Source: Bacteroidales bacterium (GTDB lineage Bacteria > Bacteroidota > Bacteroidia > Bacteroidales > VadinHA17). From it: a DNA stretch of 64,000 nt. Location of the stretch: positions 3,532 to 67,531 of the forward strand of contig DATKMR010000001.1 in the NCBI GenBank assembly GCA_035541795.1, read 5' to 3'. The notes under the pieces are model-generated. The model had not been told where the DNA came from. It worked only from the letters and a program-made list of their open reading frames with translations, and did no database searches. Numbering within the stretch: the first letter of the stretch is position 1; every line of letters begins with the position of its first letter. The position numbers and the translations under genes are program-made. Positions 63,536 to 64,000 of this stretch are shown piece by piece.

Positions 63536-64000
63536 CTATTCGGCCAGGGCTTTCCTGAACTCTTTCAGGGCACGGCCCATATTTGCCTCCACTGTTTTAA
63601 CTGAAACCGACAGCTTCTGAGCTATCTCGTTGTACTTTAGTCCCTCGAACCTGTTCATGCAGAAGATTTTCCCGCAGCGTTCCGGAAGTTTTTCCAGGAT
63701 GGCGGCAATTTTTGCCTGGAGCTCGCTGTACTGGATCATCATAAGGGGATCTTCATTTCCAGACTCGGGCTCAAGGAGCATCTCCTTCGCGTGACGATTT
63801 ACTACCTTCATGTGTTCTATATGATGAAGGCAGCTGTTGTGTACGGACCTGAACAGATAGCCATTTAAAGAACTTTCGATACTTAATTTTTCCTTGTTTT
63901 GCCAGAGCCTGAAGAAAAGATCCTGTACTATCTCTTCAGCCGTATCCCGGTCTTTTATCATGGTTCCGGCGTATTTTACCAGGGAAGCATAGGAGGATCG
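63536..64000 (-). CDS. ECF-type RNA polymerase sigma-70 factor (N-terminus runs off the window)
   Basis: Region 2 is DTAEEIVQDLFFRLWQNK and region 4 is CGKIFCMNRFEGLKYNEIAQKLSVSVKTVEANMGRAL. The frame stays open upstream of the listed Met to nt 64000 (..SYASLVKYAGTMIKD), so the gene is truncated by the window. Confidence 0.85.
   Translation of the reverse strand, partial: RSSYASLVKYAGTMIKDRDTAEEIVQDLFFRLWQNKEKLSIESSLNGYLFRSVHNSCLHHIEHMKVVNRHAKEMLLEPESGNEDPLMMIQYSELQAKIAAILEKLPERCGKIFCMNRFEGLKYNEIAQKLSVSVKTVEANMGRALKEFRKALAE

Noticed and set aside
1-64000. A search of the whole window for CRISPR arrays, IS elements or transposases, prophage genes, toxin-antitoxin pairs, restriction-modification or other known defence genes, and rRNA.
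   Set aside because: I found no regularly spaced direct repeats. No ORF carries DDE, integrase, Cas, nuclease-ATPase or methylase-endonuclease signatures. The only RNA gene I could support is tRNA-Leu.

Overview
The window looks like a chromosomal segment of a Bacteroidota genome. Supporting marks: a type IX secretion (T9SS) type-B C-terminal domain cargo next to a PorP/SprF gene; TonB-dependent receptors with CarboxypepD_reg plus Plug domains, paired with DUF4249 lipoproteins; a FISUMP lipoprotein; a three-gene sdh/frd CAB operon with a di-haem cytochrome b; and TAnnTTTG -7 promoter boxes. All protein calls come from reading motifs in the supplied translations. No homology search was run.

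I support about 52 protein genes, one tRNA-Leu(CAA), 12 promoter -7 boxes, two candidate terminators and one GC-rich intergenic repeat. I saw no CRISPR array, IS element, integrase, prophage or recognisable defence or toxin-antitoxin genes.

Housekeeping genes:
- glyQS, nadB, dusB, sdhCAB, dxs
- dCMP deaminase, an S41 protease and an M24 aminopeptidase

These are interleaved with envelope and accessory modules:
- a 1498-aa SprB-repeat adhesin plus its PorP/SprF partner (0.5-6 kb)
- a nine-gene glycan locus built around a YfhO-like GT-C enzyme and a Wzx flippase, with no Wzy, Wzz or initiating transferase (6-18 kb)
- twin CPBP proteases around dusB
- an Rrf2/hemerythrin divergent pair
- an arsR / crtI-crtB-CBM9(DUF5916)-ICMT unit with ATGA start/stop overlaps (35.6-41.7 kb)
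- two receptor/DUF4249 modules, one with an unrecognised 200-aa N-terminal domain
- a riboswitch-less crcB-DUF190-propeller phosphoesterase-ChbG operon
- an ECF sigma/FecR pair whose third gene has an STN domain but no transporter barrel

The best candidates for undescribed biology are the translationally coupled carotenoid and outer-membrane-protein unit, the GT-C-centred glycan locus, and the barrel-less STN and Plug proteins next to the receptor/DUF4249 genes. None of these is proven here.
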